IMG/VR virus record: IMGVR_UViG_3300008738_000302
Strand: one strand, 5' to 3'
Length of the DNA stretch: 64,000 nucleotides
Origin: a virus
Under the pieces are notes generated by a model, which was not told the origin of the DNA, did not search any database, and saw nothing but the letters and a program-made list of their open reading frames with translations. Both the position numbers and the translations under genes were made by a program. This document shows, piece after piece, positions 54,801-64,000 of the stretch (position 1 is its first letter; every line of letters begins with the position of its first letter).

Positions 54801-54980
54801 ATGGATAGTGAGAATATTAATTCAGTATATAATTTATTTCAATATCTTAAAACACAATTTCAATTTACATTGATTGTATCTCATATTGATACAATGAGAG
54901 ATGCAGTAGATACTTTATTAGAAATATCAAAAGAAGGAGATTACAGTTCTGTATATTTTGAACCTGTAAAATCAGCCTGA
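51822..54980 (+). CDS. sbcDC: Fused SbcD/Mre11 nuclease - SbcC/Rad50 ATPase (gp47-gp46-like)
   Basis: HISDIQIR, GGDIAH, AGNHD, LFHG, LGDIHKRQ; Walker A ANASGKSS; coiled coil with CKFC hook; LSSGM signature; AIDEG Walker B. Confidence 0.9.
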   Translation: MQLKVPFRKLKYIHHISDIQIRNLKRHKEYEIVFNRLYEKIKENSDNAVAYIGGDIAHSKCDMSPELVDQLSRLFKNLSDIVPTIIIAGNHDCNLNNRSRLDVLTPIVNNLNHPNLHYLKDTGIYKCADTSFVVWDCWTNEKDFIEAKDVEGDTKVVLFHGTVDKAETDLGFKLPSDVHIKKFKGYDLGLLGDIHKRQFINKEETIAYCGSLVQQNHGEDIGKGYLLWDVPNRKSEYIEIPNDFGYYTINIDNGKLPTDLHDLPKKARLRVRVSNTSGTQLKKCLAVIQHKHGIQEVVVNRTDILTDRVRDGNKLDLGDVNNPDFQYEMIEEYLNNNFLVDNETLKKIKDINDELNGSLPIDNITRNVDWVLKRFEFSNMFSYGEDNIVDFTALNGTIGLFAANASGKSSLLDALCFCLFDTSTRTYTANSVLNNKRKSFKCKVWFEVNNQEYVIERIAKKKRNGHVKVNVDFYTIDDSGDLISLNGDQRRTTNLNIRQVVGTFDDFILTTLSAQNANTVFIDKTQKERKELLAQFMGLGIFDKLYTMANEEISEVQAVLKNFSKTNYDEQLADAENQIVILKDDLKQKRSNYREIEKKVHKLQEGILNKSKKIRPIDETLTDINLLQSELKDNQELHTQTQILFQEALHQISHIEETKEFTIKQLEELKKENVLQKYSELESFKYDYEQINIDIENLKKEVKHKLDKIRKLGDLEYDPDCKFCMNNVFVKDARETKKLLQEDKVKSGKLISKINQLDSQIKDYEPIEKKKEQYDKCGELFEQLNNELTTIEVKRDHLGEKTSYLDEKIENVQENIQKYYGQEKDIIFNNTIKTEIEVLETKLDTESLELKGADKKLKETEIELKVSENQKKEIIKFIEEVQELEEKHGAYKYYLEAVKRDGVPYELISKALPAIEGEVNNILSQLVDFTMTFEMDGKNINNYIVYDTDNTWPLDLSSGMERFISSLAIRVGLINVSNLPRGNFLAIDEGWGTMDSENINSVYNLFQYLKTQFQFTLIVSHIDTMRDAVDTLLEISKEGDYSSVYFEPVKSA

Positions 54981-55154
54981 TAGAATTTTTTTAGAGGGTT
55001 GACTTTTAAGAACATTAGTCGGTTTTTCTAATAAACAATTTTTCTTTATAAGTTGCTCAACAAGAGCATACATTTTATATCCATTTTCTTTACAATATAT
55101 TTTTAGAATATCTCTATATTCTTTTCTTATTTTTATATCTACAAGTTTTTCCAT
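54972..55154 (-). CDS. Small ribbon-helix-helix-like DNA-binding protein
   Basis: VDIKIRKEYRDILKIYCKENGYKMYALVEQLI pattern; convergent with sbcDC. Confidence 0.5.
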   Translation of the reverse strand: MEKLVDIKIRKEYRDILKIYCKENGYKMYALVEQLIKKNCLLEKPTNVLKSQPSKKILSG

Positions 55155-55255
55155 GTAAATAAATATAAAATCATAAAATTTTCATACTTTTTTATGAAGT
55201 TGAAAACAAAAAGAGGTATATATGATATTTATTAAAGAATCAAAACGGAACTTTT

Positions 55256-58200
55256 ATGATATTAGAACGCAGAGTTAGAAAACAAAACCTACATAAGTTA
55301 GACATTCTAATTCAAGATACCACCAATGAATTTTTACAAATTCTTGATATCCCTGACACTTTGCCAGAAGGTCGAAGTTCGTTTTTAATTAATGGTTCAC
55401 CATTTTTAAAATTAACTACAGACGTTTTAGTTGAAATATTAGATAGGGATAACAATACTGTATTTGTAAACCCTGTATTTGATCCTCATTTTGTTGCGAT
55501 GGAAGGAACTGCTAGGGCTATTACAACTGAAATCTATCAAAGTACTCCTGGTGGAAGAGCATTATTAACAGTTGTTGGAGAACTTGATCATACTAAATTT
55601 TTAGGTGAAGTTCCTTTAACTCCTGATTTATTAGATCAATTAGCTGTAGAATCAGATCCACTTTTTACAGGTAATGTTTCTTTTGCTCAAGCAGTTTCAG
55701 AAAATTATTTTATACCTGAAGAGTTCAGAGGAGTTTATAATGTTAAATATACAAAAGTATTACATATAAATCCCAAAGCAAGAAATACACAACCTATAAA
55801 ATTTTATAGAGCACCACAGATACAAGCTAGAGAAATTATTAGAACAGAAGTATCACCATCAGAATCAATTTTTATAAAAAATGTAGTTGTGTCTGATGGA
55901 CAAATGAAAGGGTCTAGAGTAAATCCTTCTGATGGTTCTTTAAGATTAGTAGATCCTGCAGAAATAGCTCCTGTAAGATCTGTAATTGCTTGTGATAATA
56001 ACGCACAAGGAACTAATAAAGTAATAGGAACAATATATAATAGACAGTATCCAATTACATTAACTTCTGCTGATTCTTTTGGTAGTATTATTAGAAGAGA
56101 TTGGGAGTTTGGAGATCCACACGTAACGGCATCTCAGTATTTGGATACGTTACCAGCACAAACTTATACTTATACCAAAGCTGGAATTTATAATGCTAAA
56201 TTAGTTGTACATAGTCCTACAGGACAATATGATTTAGATAGACAATCAATAACAATTTCTAATCCACCTGCTCCAGTTGCAGATTTTACTTCACTTGACC
56301 CAACCACAAATACGGGAGAAACAGTTAAAATTACAGGTAGTATGGAGGATCCAAATTCAAGGACTTTTAGATTTAAAGATACTACCACTAATGTAGTGGA
56401 TATTGTAGATCCGTTAATATTTGGAACAAAGTTTAGTAATTTAAATGATACAGAGTATAGTTGGTCTTTTGGTGATGGTAATACATTTAATGGTATTGGT
56501 AACACTGCAAGAAATCCTGAAAATACATATGTACAATCGGGTTCATATAATGTAGCACTTACTGTTAAGAATGCATATGGTACTCAAACTAATACTAAAA
56601 CGAGTAACAATCATATTTTAATTCAACCTTCTTTACCAACGGTAGATTTTTCTGTTGATTCAGGAAGTATTAGTCAAGCACAAGCATTATCTGCGGCATC
56701 CGCAACTGTACAATTTACTAATAATTCAGTTTATTATGGAGATTCTATTTCATATGCTTGGACTTTTAATTCAAGTGGAAGTACCTCAACGGCTGTAAGT
56801 CCAACTTGTATTTATACAGGTTCATATGCGGCAGATACTACTTTTAATGTAACATTAACTGCTACAGATAATTTTGGTAGAAGTGTAACTGTAACTAAAC
56901 CAAATATGATTAGTATTACACCTTCTATTCCTGTTCCTGATTTTAGTGCAAATATAAGAGAATTTACTTTAGGACTTGGTGGTTCACAACAAGTACAGTT
57001 TACAGACGAATCTACTTCAGAAACTAACTTAACATATGATTGGTATTTTAATGGTGCTACGACAGGAAGTAGTTTATTGACTAGTAATAGTTCTACTATT
57101 GAAGGTGGATTGACTGGAACTGTTTGGGGAAATGGGGCAAGTGATGGTGCAACTTTAGATGCATCTACAGCAACATATCGTTCAGGTAATAAATCTTTAA
57201 GATTAAGAAATCTTACTGCTGCAGATTTAACTGATGTTTATACTTTTGGTTATGATATTGGTAATTCTGGAATATCTGATTTAAATACGTGGAAAGCACA
57301 GTATAGTTTAGCTGATATTACTCAAGGTGATTCTTATACTATGGAATTTTGGGCTAAATCTGATTTACCCTGGTTATCACCAACTATTCTTGCAGGAATG
57401 TTTGGTGCTAATGCAAATGGTAATATTTTTGGAGCAGGTCCTACAGAAGATACTTGGGTTATAAAAGAATTTCCTGTTACTAATAAATGGCAGAAATATA
57501 ATTTTACTTTTACTTTTAAGCACCCAAATAGTAAATACCTTACAACTCGTTTAGGTGTTAATGAATTAGGTCAAGGAAGTGGTCATATTTATTTTGATGA
57601 TATCTATGTTTATAAAGCTAATTCTACATTACAAAATCCAAAAGTAACTTATAGATCAAGAACTGATGGATCAAGGGGAACGGTTAGATTATCTGTAACA
57701 AATACAGCTGGAATTGAAAGATCTGAAACAAGAAGTAATTATATAAATACTTTAGTTGGAAAACCATCCGCTTCATTTACAATAGATGATACTACGGTAC
57801 AAACTCAAGTTCCTATAACATTTAATGGTGCAGGTTCTGATTCATATTCACCAATACAACATTTTAGATGGAATTGGGGTGATGGAACATTTGATAACAT
57901 ATATAGTGGTGTTGAAACTGCAACTCACAAATATACAACAGCAGGAACTTATACACCAAAATTAACTGTTTATTCTGCTGATGGTACGTCTACCGAAGTT
58001 AGTGTGGGGAATGTTACAATTAGTGCACCACCTGCACCGACAGTAGCTTTAAATTTTAGTCCAAATTCTTATGATCAATCACAAGGAGAAACACCTCATG
58101 AAGTAGAGGTAGAAGCAGTTATTTCAGGGCAAGCAACTGCAAGTAATATTACATTTGGTCAAGGTGATAGAACAAATTCTAGATTAGGTTTTACTGTTTA

Positions 58201-61200
58201 TGATACTCCTGGAACATATACAATTACTGCAACGGCTTCTGGGCCAGGTGGTAGTAATTCAGCAACCAAAACAATAACAGTTTCTGCACCACCTGTACAA
58301 ATAGAACCTGTAGATGAAATTGAAGATCCCGATCCAAATTTATTTGATGAAACTTTATTAGCAAATCAAGCAGGTTCAAGTTTAGGAGCAGGTTCAGGTA
58401 CAGGACAAGATCCACCTTCACCATATGGTAGTGGTGGTGGAGGCGGTTCTCCAGGTTGTGTTTTAGCAGGAACAATTCTTAGAACTTCAAGGGGAGAAAT
58501 ACCTGTAGAAGAAGTTACTGTAGATGACTTATTACTTTCTTATAATTTTGATAGTAAGGAATTTGATTATTATAAAATAGAAAGTGCGTGGAGTACTACT
58601 CAACCCACAAGAGTTTTTGTTGAAACAGAAAATGGCAAATCAGTAGAATGTTCAGATACACACTTATTCTATCATCCTGATTATAAGAACCAAGAGATTT
58701 GTGTAAAAGATTTAAATGTTGGTGATATAGTTTATACTATTGATGATGATGAAAATGTAATAGAAGATCCAATTAGAAATATTACTATTTTTGATGAAGA
58801 AGTAACAGTATATAACTTTAAAGTTCCTGTAGTACATTCTTATATAACTAATAATATTATATCTCATAATGCACAGAAATCAGAACCTGAAGGTAATAAC
58901 CCATATAATATGCCATATTTTATGAATCTAGCTTCTCCTGAAACAGAAAATTTTGTGATTGAAGCAACTGGAGATGATTCTATAGATTTTACAAGACATA
59001 TGTTGGGTGGAACATTACAAATTTTCCCAAACACAGGTTCAACGGATATGGATATTTTAAATTCCAATACTGAACCTTCTAAGAGGTATTTAGTAACACA
59101 GCAACCATTAGTTACTAAGATAAGAAAAATTAAAACTAATAAAACTATTGTTCCTGATGTAAACGGATTAATTGTTCAGAATAGATTAGATAAAGATAAA
59201 GGTGTTGTATTTAGTGAGTATCAAGATTTTGGTGCTAGTAGTTATTCGATGAGTTTTCAAAGACCCGTTACTGCTTCGTTTAGAGTTATAAATAAAAAAT
59301 CTTTTGCAAAAATAAATTTAACACAATTAAGAACATATTCAGGAGATGTATCTAGAGTAAAAGTATATTATCAAACTGCTGCACAGAGTGGATATAATCT
59401 TATTGGTGAATCTGTACTTCAAGCACCTGAAATATTAGCAGACCCTGGTGTGCGGTTTGGAAAGAAAAAAATTGGATATTTTTCAGATCAAGGTCATTTA
59501 GATTATTATTGGTATAGTAGAGAAGGTTTTCGTGCAGGTTTTTGGGGTGGAGTAGATTCTGCAGATAGTGTTTTTGGTTGGAATACACCAACTGCTTCTT
59601 TAACACACCAAAAAACACCATATATAGATACTATGAAAATATCTGGATCTAACTATAACTACAATGAGGTAGTGGGTTTATTTCATAAGTTTCCAATGAG
59701 ATTAGTTGCAGGAGTAGAATATACACTTAGATTTCAATTATCAGGAATAAAAAAGAAAAAACAATTAGATAAAGATCAAGCTGCAAAAATTGGAGCTAGT
59801 TTTCCAGCAGCACATAAGAGTCAAGCTAAAATAAGATTTTATGTATCGGGTTCAAGTTTAAAAGCAACTACACCATATGGTTATGATTTAGGTTATGCAG
59901 AATTAGAAAGCGCTGTTTCAGAATCTTATGATTATGTAGAACATAATTTTAGGACTACTAAAAATGGTGATGGTAGATTACAATTAGTTGCTGAATCGGG
60001 TGAGTGGTATATAAATGATTTAAGTATTAAACCAGCAAGAGAGAGTGGATTTAGTCCTGATTTTTCATCATTAGTGGTGCCAGTTCCAGAATTGGCTCAA
60101 AAACCAAGTGATATAGAATTTTATGCAGAGTTTTTTGATTTAAATAGTAATGTTGCTAATATACTTGCAATAGGTAAGCAATCAGAATTATTTCAAGGTT
60201 CTTCTTTAGTTATAGAAGGAACTGATAATACAATATCTGGCTCATTATTTTTAGGTGGAGATACAGAAGGATCAGGTATTGAGGTACATGGTGGTTCATC
60301 TTATATAAGAAATATTGGATACTTAGGGTATAATAGTGCTTCAATGACACAAACTCCTGAAATGCCTGAAAGAGGTAAAGCAGGATTTATGCTTTGGAGT
60401 GGATCTTTATTAACAGATATTACTGATGAATATAATTTAGGTGATGTTGGTTTTGAATTACATGGTGGTCCAGGAGTAAGAAATAATACAGCAGGTGCTA
60501 TGAGATTCCGTTCATCTACAGGTAGACTTGAAGTTACGGGCTCAATTGTAGCAACTGATGGACATTTTGCAAGAAATTTTAGTGTAGGAACGGGTTCAGA
60601 AGCTATAGAAATTTCTTCTTCTAAGTTTATAATGAAAACAAAAAATTGGAATCATCCAACTTCAAGTGCAGGTTGGGCTATAAGTGGTAGTGGAGAAGCA
60701 TTTTTTCAAGAAGGTCAGATAGGTGGTTGGCAATTAAAAACATTAGATAGGGGAACTGTACGAGAAAGAGCGGTTTTAAGTGGAAGTAATATAACATTGG
60801 ATGCGGGTGGTGCAGCACTTTATATGTCTAATAAAGGACCAGGTTCAGATCAAGTAAATCAGTTTACAACTTTAGCAGATGAATATTATTTAGATTTTAC
60901 ACCATCTCAAAGTGAGGCAATACAATCATCAGATTATTATGTTTCATTTGGACCTAAATTTAAAGTAGATAAAGATGGAACATTATTTGCAAGTGGTGCA
61001 AAATTTGTTGGAACGATAACTGCAAGTGCAGGTTTACTTGGTGGATTTAATATAGGTTCTGCTTCTATGTATGCAGGAGCACCAGAAGGTTCACCAAATT
61101 TCTTTTTAAGTGGTTCTGCGACAGGTAATAGTGGTAAATCTTCATATTTTATATCTTCTTCAAGATTTCAAGTAACAGCAGAAGGTGATATAACAGGTTC

Positions 61201-64000
61201 ACAAGTTTTATTTACAAGTGGTAAAATTGGTGGGTGGTCACTTTCTACTACATTATCAGCAACAAATATTTTACTCGACCCTGCTACACCAAAAATAACA
61301 TTAGGTGATAAATTAACATTAACAGATAGTAACTCAGGATTTTATGCAGGCACAGACGGAATAGCATTGGGTGCTAATTCTGTATTTAAAGTTACATCAG
61401 CAGGTGCATTAACTGCTACAAATGCTACAATTACAGGAAATATAACGGCACAAACAGGTACTATTGGTGGATTTAATATTGGAACAGATTTATCCAACTC
61501 TGCTGGTGGTTCTAACGCATTAGTATTAAAAGGTGCTAGTGGACAAATTACCGCTTCAAACGTTTTATTTAGTGGTGGTAAAATTGGTGGTTGGAGTTTA
61601 GCAACTGATGGATTTAGTTCTGATAGTGGTGAATTACAAATAACGGGATCAACAGGGCAAATTACAGGTTCACAAGTATTATTTAGTGGTGGAACAATAG
61701 GTGGATTTACGCTAACATCTACAGCACTAACGGGAGGCAGTACAGGTACGACTGTGGCACTTACTCCTGGAACTGGCATACATATGGGTCATGCAACTTT
61801 TGGAAGCGCACCATTTAGTGTTACAAATGCAGGTGTATTAACAGCAACATTAGGACAAATAGCAGGATTTACAATAGCGACTACGGGCATAACGTCTACA
61901 GGAATTGGTGTACATCCAAGTGGTCAAACTCATGCATTTACTGCTGGTACAAGTAATGAGTTTAGTGTAAAACATAGTGGACAAGTAAGTGGATCAAATG
62001 TAAACTTTACAGGCGGTAGAATTGGTGGTTGGGTAGTAAGTAATACTCAAATTACAAGTAGTGGTTTAGTTTTAGATTCTACAGGAGATATAAGGTCAGC
62101 CAATTTCCAACCAAGACTTACAGGTTGGAGAGTATCATCACAAGGTAATGGAACTGCAGAATTTGAAAATGTTCGTATAAGAGGAACTTTAGCTACTACT
62201 ACTTTTGAAAAAGAAACTGTAAATGCAGTTGGTGGTCAATTGTGGGTTGGTAACTCAAGCGTTATGTCAGAATCAATAAGTTCGGTTCAAACAAATATAT
62301 TAATAGAAAATGTTAGTGGTTTTCAAAAAAATGAAGTTTTAATAGTCAAAAAAACCAACCCTACAGGATTTACTAAAGAATATATGTTGGTTACAGGCAG
62401 TAAAAGAATTAATGAAGCATCTGATACTGATTTTTCTGGCCACCTTCATGTAACAAGAGGATATGGTTCTTCAACTTCACAATCTGTTTTCTTAACAGGT
62501 TCATTATTAAATGAAGGAAGTGGTATAAGTACAACAATTGGAACTTTTGGTGTAGATAATTTCCAAGGTCCTACCGCCGACGCACCCGCATTAGTATACA
62601 AGTTAATAAAAATTGATGATGAAAAGATGTTTGTAACAGGATCTACAGCAACAACTATTTCAGTTGAAAGAGGTGTTGATGGTAGTTTAAAGGCTACTCA
62701 TACGAATAATGCAGGAATTCTTGTAGCAGATGACAATACTTCATTTTTAAGTGGATTAGTTTCACCACAAGAAAGTTATGATCCAGGTCAGGTAATAGTA
62801 AGTTCAGGTAGATATATAGGTGGCACAGGAAGTAATACTACAGGTAGTGGTTATATTAGATTAAATGCAAATCCAAAAGATGGAACTACACCATTTATAG
62901 ATTTTGTTGAAAGAACAGGTAGTGGAATTTATGATGTTCAGTTAAGAGCAAGATTAGGTGATTTAAGTGGATTAGTTAATACAGCATATGGTACTGCGGT
63001 AGCAATGCCAAAAAATCCAGGATTTGGTTTAGCAAGTGAAAATGTATTTTTAAAAGGAACGATAAAAGCAACAAGTGGTTCTATCGCTGGTATAAAGATG
63101 GAGAGCGGACAACTATTCTCAGGAGAAGGTAGTTACTACAATTCTAATACACCTTTTTATCTCTCAGGTAAAGGTGATGCAACAGCAGGTGATTTTAGTT
63201 TGGGTAACAAACTAAAATGGGATGCAAGTACAAGTACACTTACAATAGCAGGACAAATTACATTGGAGAGTGGTGGTGGATTCGATCCTGATGGGTTGAT
63301 TAGTGGTTCTGCACAAATAGCTGGTGATATAAGTGGTTCTATAGCTGGTCAAACAGGCTCATTAGATGCAGGAATATCAAACGCACAATCAACAGCGGAT
63401 ACAGGAGTGGCGAATGCTGCTACTGCTCAAGCCCAAGCTAACACGGCAACTACAAATGCAGCAACTGCTCAATCGGCTATTGACACAATGGAAACACAAG
63501 TTGTACTTGATAGTGGTGGAATGGAATTACGAAAAGCAAATTCTAAAAAAGTTGCAAAATATGGAACAACAACATACTTTTATGACGGTACTGATTCGGA
63601 AAATGTAAAATTACAATTACAAGCAGCAGGTATAACTGCATATGGAGATGATTCAACCACTTACGCATCCTTTAATTCATCTGGAGTAACATTGGTAGAT
63701 AATTCTGTAACTACGGGAACGTTTACAAGTGGAACAGTAACTCTTTATGGGGCGAGTTCCGATGATAGAGTAGTTATTAATAATACAGGTATGTCTGTTT
63801 ATACAAATAATGTTTTGAAAGCAACTGCACTTGACGCTGGTTTTACTGCATATGGGGATGATGTTAATACTTACGCTACAGTAACAAGTACAGGATTAAC
63901 AATTTTTGAAGATTCTACTAATATGGCTAATTTTGGTTCAACAATGAGAGTTGGAGTAGATGCTACTGATAAATCTGCTCTTAGAGTTGCAGCTGATGGT
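55256..64000 (+). CDS. Giant tail/adhesin protein (>2915 aa, runs off the window; absent from ORF track)
   Basis: ATG 55256 (in-frame stop at 55223), MILERRVRKQNLHKLDILIQD...; frame spot-checked open to 64000. About six PKD-like repeats (about 56030-58290), a CBM4/9-like insert, a Hint domain, and G(Q/D)IT(G/A)SxVLFxGGxIGGW/F fibre repeats (about 61000-62050). Confidence 0.88.
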   Translation, partial: MILERRVRKQNLHKLDILIQDTTNEFLQILDIPDTLPEGRSSFLINGSPFLKLTTDVLVEILDRDNNTVFVNPVFDPHFVAMEGTARAITTEIYQSTPGGRALLTVVGELDHTKFLGEVPLTPDLLDQLAVESDPLFTGNVSFAQAVSENYFIPEEFRGVYNVKYTKVLHINPKARNTQPIKFYRAPQIQAREIIRTEVSPSESIFIKNVVVSDGQMKGSRVNPSDGSLRLVDPAEIAPVRSVIACDNNAQGTNKVIGTIYNRQYPITLTSADSFGSIIRRDWEFGDPHVTASQYLDTLPAQTYTYTKAGIYNAKLVVHSPTGQYDLDRQSITISNPPAPVADFTSLDPTTNTGETVKITGSMEDPNSRTFRFKDTTTNVVDIVDPLIFGTKFSNLNDTEYSWSFGDGNTFNGIGNTARNPENTYVQSGSYNVALTVKNAYGTQTNTKTSNNHILIQPSLPTVDFSVDSGSISQAQALSAASATVQFTNNSVYYGDSISYAWTFNSSGSTSTAVSPTCIYTGSYAADTTFNVTLTATDNFGRSVTVTKPNMISITPSIPVPDFSANIREFTLGLGGSQQVQFTDESTSETNLTYDWYFNGATTGSSLLTSNSSTIEGGLTGTVWGNGASDGATLDASTATYRSGNKSLRLRNLTAADLTDVYTFGYDIGNSGISDLNTWKAQYSLADITQGDSYTMEFWAKSDLPWLSPTILAGMFGANANGNIFGAGPTEDTWVIKEFPVTNKWQKYNFTFTFKHPNSKYLTTRLGVNELGQGSGHIYFDDIYVYKANSTLQNPKVTYRSRTDGSRGTVRLSVTNTAGIERSETRSNYINTLVGKPSASFTIDDTTVQTQVPITFNGAGSDSYSPIQHFRWNWGDGTFDNIYSGVETATHKYTTAGTYTPKLTVYSADGTSTEVSVGNVTISAPPAPTVALNFSPNSYDQSQGETPHEVEVEAVISGQATASNITFGQGDRTNSRLGFTVYDTPGTYTITATASGPGGSNSATKTITVSAPPVQIEPVDEIEDPDPNLFDETLLANQAGSSLGAGSGTGQDPPSPYGSGGGGGSPGCVLAGTILRTSRGEIPVEEVTVDDLLLSYNFDSKEFDYYKIESAWSTTQPTRVFVETENGKSVECSDTHLFYHPDYKNQEICVKDLNVGDIVYTIDDDENVIEDPIRNITIFDEEVTVYNFKVPVVHSYITNNIISHNAQKSEPEGNNPYNMPYFMNLASPETENFVIEATGDDSIDFTRHMLGGTLQIFPNTGSTDMDILNSNTEPSKRYLVTQQPLVTKIRKIKTNKTIVPDVNGLIVQNRLDKDKGVVFSEYQDFGASSYSMSFQRPVTASFRVINKKSFAKINLTQLRTYSGDVSRVKVYYQTAAQSGYNLIGESVLQAPEILADPGVRFGKKKIGYFSDQGHLDYYWYSREGFRAGFWGGVDSADSVFGWNTPTASLTHQKTPYIDTMKISGSNYNYNEVVGLFHKFPMRLVAGVEYTLRFQLSGIKKKKQLDKDQAAKIGASFPAAHKSQAKIRFYVSGSSLKATTPYGYDLGYAELESAVSESYDYVEHNFRTTKNGDGRLQLVAESGEWYINDLSIKPARESGFSPDFSSLVVPVPELAQKPSDIEFYAEFFDLNSNVANILAIGKQSELFQGSSLVIEGTDNTISGSLFLGGDTEGSGIEVHGGSSYIRNIGYLGYNSASMTQTPEMPERGKAGFMLWSGSLLTDITDEYNLGDVGFELHGGPGVRNNTAGAMRFRSSTGRLEVTGSIVATDGHFARNFSVGTGSEAIEISSSKFIMKTKNWNHPTSSAGWAISGSGEAFFQEGQIGGWQLKTLDRGTVRERAVLSGSNITLDAGGAALYMSNKGPGSDQVNQFTTLADEYYLDFTPSQSEAIQSSDYYVSFGPKFKVDKDGTLFASGAKFVGTITASAGLLGGFNIGSASMYAGAPEGSPNFFLSGSATGNSGKSSYFISSSRFQVTAEGDITGSQVLFTSGKIGGWSLSTTLSATNILLDPATPKITLGDKLTLTDSNSGFYAGTDGIALGANSVFKVTSAGALTATNATITGNITAQTGTIGGFNIGTDLSNSAGGSNALVLKGASGQITASNVLFSGGKIGGWSLATDGFSSDSGELQITGSTGQITGSQVLFSGGTIGGFTLTSTALTGGSTGTTVALTPGTGIHMGHATFGSAPFSVTNAGVLTATLGQIAGFTIATTGITSTGIGVHPSGQTHAFTAGTSNEFSVKHSGQVSGSNVNFTGGRIGGWVVSNTQITSSGLVLDSTGDIRSANFQPRLTGWRVSSQGNGTAEFENVRIRGTLATTTFEKETVNAVGGQLWVGNSSVMSESISSVQTNILIENVSGFQKNEVLIVKKTNPTGFTKEYMLVTGSKRINEASDTDFSGHLHVTRGYGSSTSQSVFLTGSLLNEGSGISTTIGTFGVDNFQGPTADAPALVYKLIKIDDEKMFVTGSTATTISVERGVDGSLKATHTNNAGILVADDNTSFLSGLVSPQESYDPGQVIVSSGRYIGGTGSNTTGSGYIRLNANPKDGTTPFIDFVERTGSGIYDVQLRARLGDLSGLVNTAYGTAVAMPKNPGFGLASENVFLKGTIKATSGSIAGIKMESGQLFSGEGSYYNSNTPFYLSGKGDATAGDFSLGNKLKWDASTSTLTIAGQITLESGGGFDPDGLISGSAQIAGDISGSIAGQTGSLDAGISNAQSTADTGVANAATAQAQANTATTNAATAQSAIDTMETQVVLDSGGMELRKANSKKVAKYGTTTYFYDGTDSENVKLQLQAAGITAYGDDSTTYASFNSSGVTLVDNSVTTGTFTSGTVTLYGASSDDRVVINNTGMSVYTNNVLKATALDAGFTAYGDDVNTYATVTSTGLTIFEDSTNMANFGSTMRVGVDATDKSALRVAADG
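58457..58870 (+). other. Hint (BIL-type) domain inside giant tail protein
   Basis: CVLAGT (C1), SDTHLF (block B), VYNFKV..VHSYITNNIISHN; 138 aa; the +1 residue is Ala. Confidence 0.85.

Noticed and set aside
58457-58870. Canonical selfish intein with homing endonuclease
   Set aside because: It is only 138 aa, has no LAGLIDADG/HNH insert, and the +1 residue is Ala.
2009-61779. Numerous short minus-strand ORFs antisense to long genes (e.g. 2009-2221, 16756-17124, 27040-27438, 36020-36319, 61342-61779)
   Set aside because: They have the typical antisense-shadow composition (Ser/Phe/Leu-rich), no RBS and no motifs.
63366-63608. ORF-track + strand 80-aa ORF, and 14731-14943, 47296-47505, 51486-51773
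   Set aside because: These are out-of-frame shadows inside longer, well-supported genes.
1-64000. Eukaryotic giant virus (NCLDV) or bacterial chromosome origin, suggested by the TTL, SET and TBDR genes
   Set aside because: Shine-Dalgarno sites, overlapping operons, gp25/gp6 baseplate genes, a gp55-like sigma and the absence of core housekeeping genes fit a large tailed phage.
1-64000. tRNA genes, rRNA, CRISPR arrays
   Set aside because: By eye I found no T-loop/acceptor-stem pattern and no regularly spaced repeat-spacer array; tRNAscan and CRISPR tools were not run.

Overview
A 64-kb segment of a very AT-rich (roughly 30% GC by eye) large myovirus-type bacteriophage genome. It uses the standard genetic code, almost all genes lie on the + strand, they are tightly packed, and many have Shine-Dalgarno sites. 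Signal peptides, lipoproteins and a TonB-dependent receptor imply a diderm host; an FCB-group or Marinimicrobia-like host is inference only. Layout: (1) 1-7.2 kb, a protein/peptide-tailoring cassette (GT32-like, TTL-type ATP-grasp, SET, a leader+Hint+Hint protein, GT11-like, Asp/Asn hydroxylase-like, RimK-type ATP-grasp, Trp-halogenase-like). (2) 7.3-15 kb, exported proteins, a ~400-nt structured non-coding region, Hsp20, and a TonB-dependent receptor preceded by a pseudoknot/anti-SD switch. (3) 15-28 kb, early/middle accessory genes (vWA-peptidase, peptide deformylase, APS kinase, 3D hydrolase, DruA-like, GIY-YIG/ParB-like, HD hydrolase, gp55-like sigma). (4) 28.6-43.4 kb, baseplate/tail genes (gp25, split gp6). 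(5) 43.4-47.5 kb, an envelope-signalling cassette with an intact H-NOX gene translationally coupled to an MshEN (c-di-GMP-binding) membrane protein, plus a 22-aa Cys-rich micro-ORF. (6) 49-55 kb, resolvase, primase, GT-B glycosyltransferase and an SbcD-SbcC fusion. (7) From 55256 to the window end, an unlisted >2915-aa tail/adhesin ORF with PKD repeats, a CBM and an internal Hint domain. The best candidates for undescribed systems are the H-NOX/MshEN cassette, the Hint-precursor tailoring cassette, the large ncRNA and the TBDR leader switch. All family assignments come from motif recognition by eye; no database searches were run.
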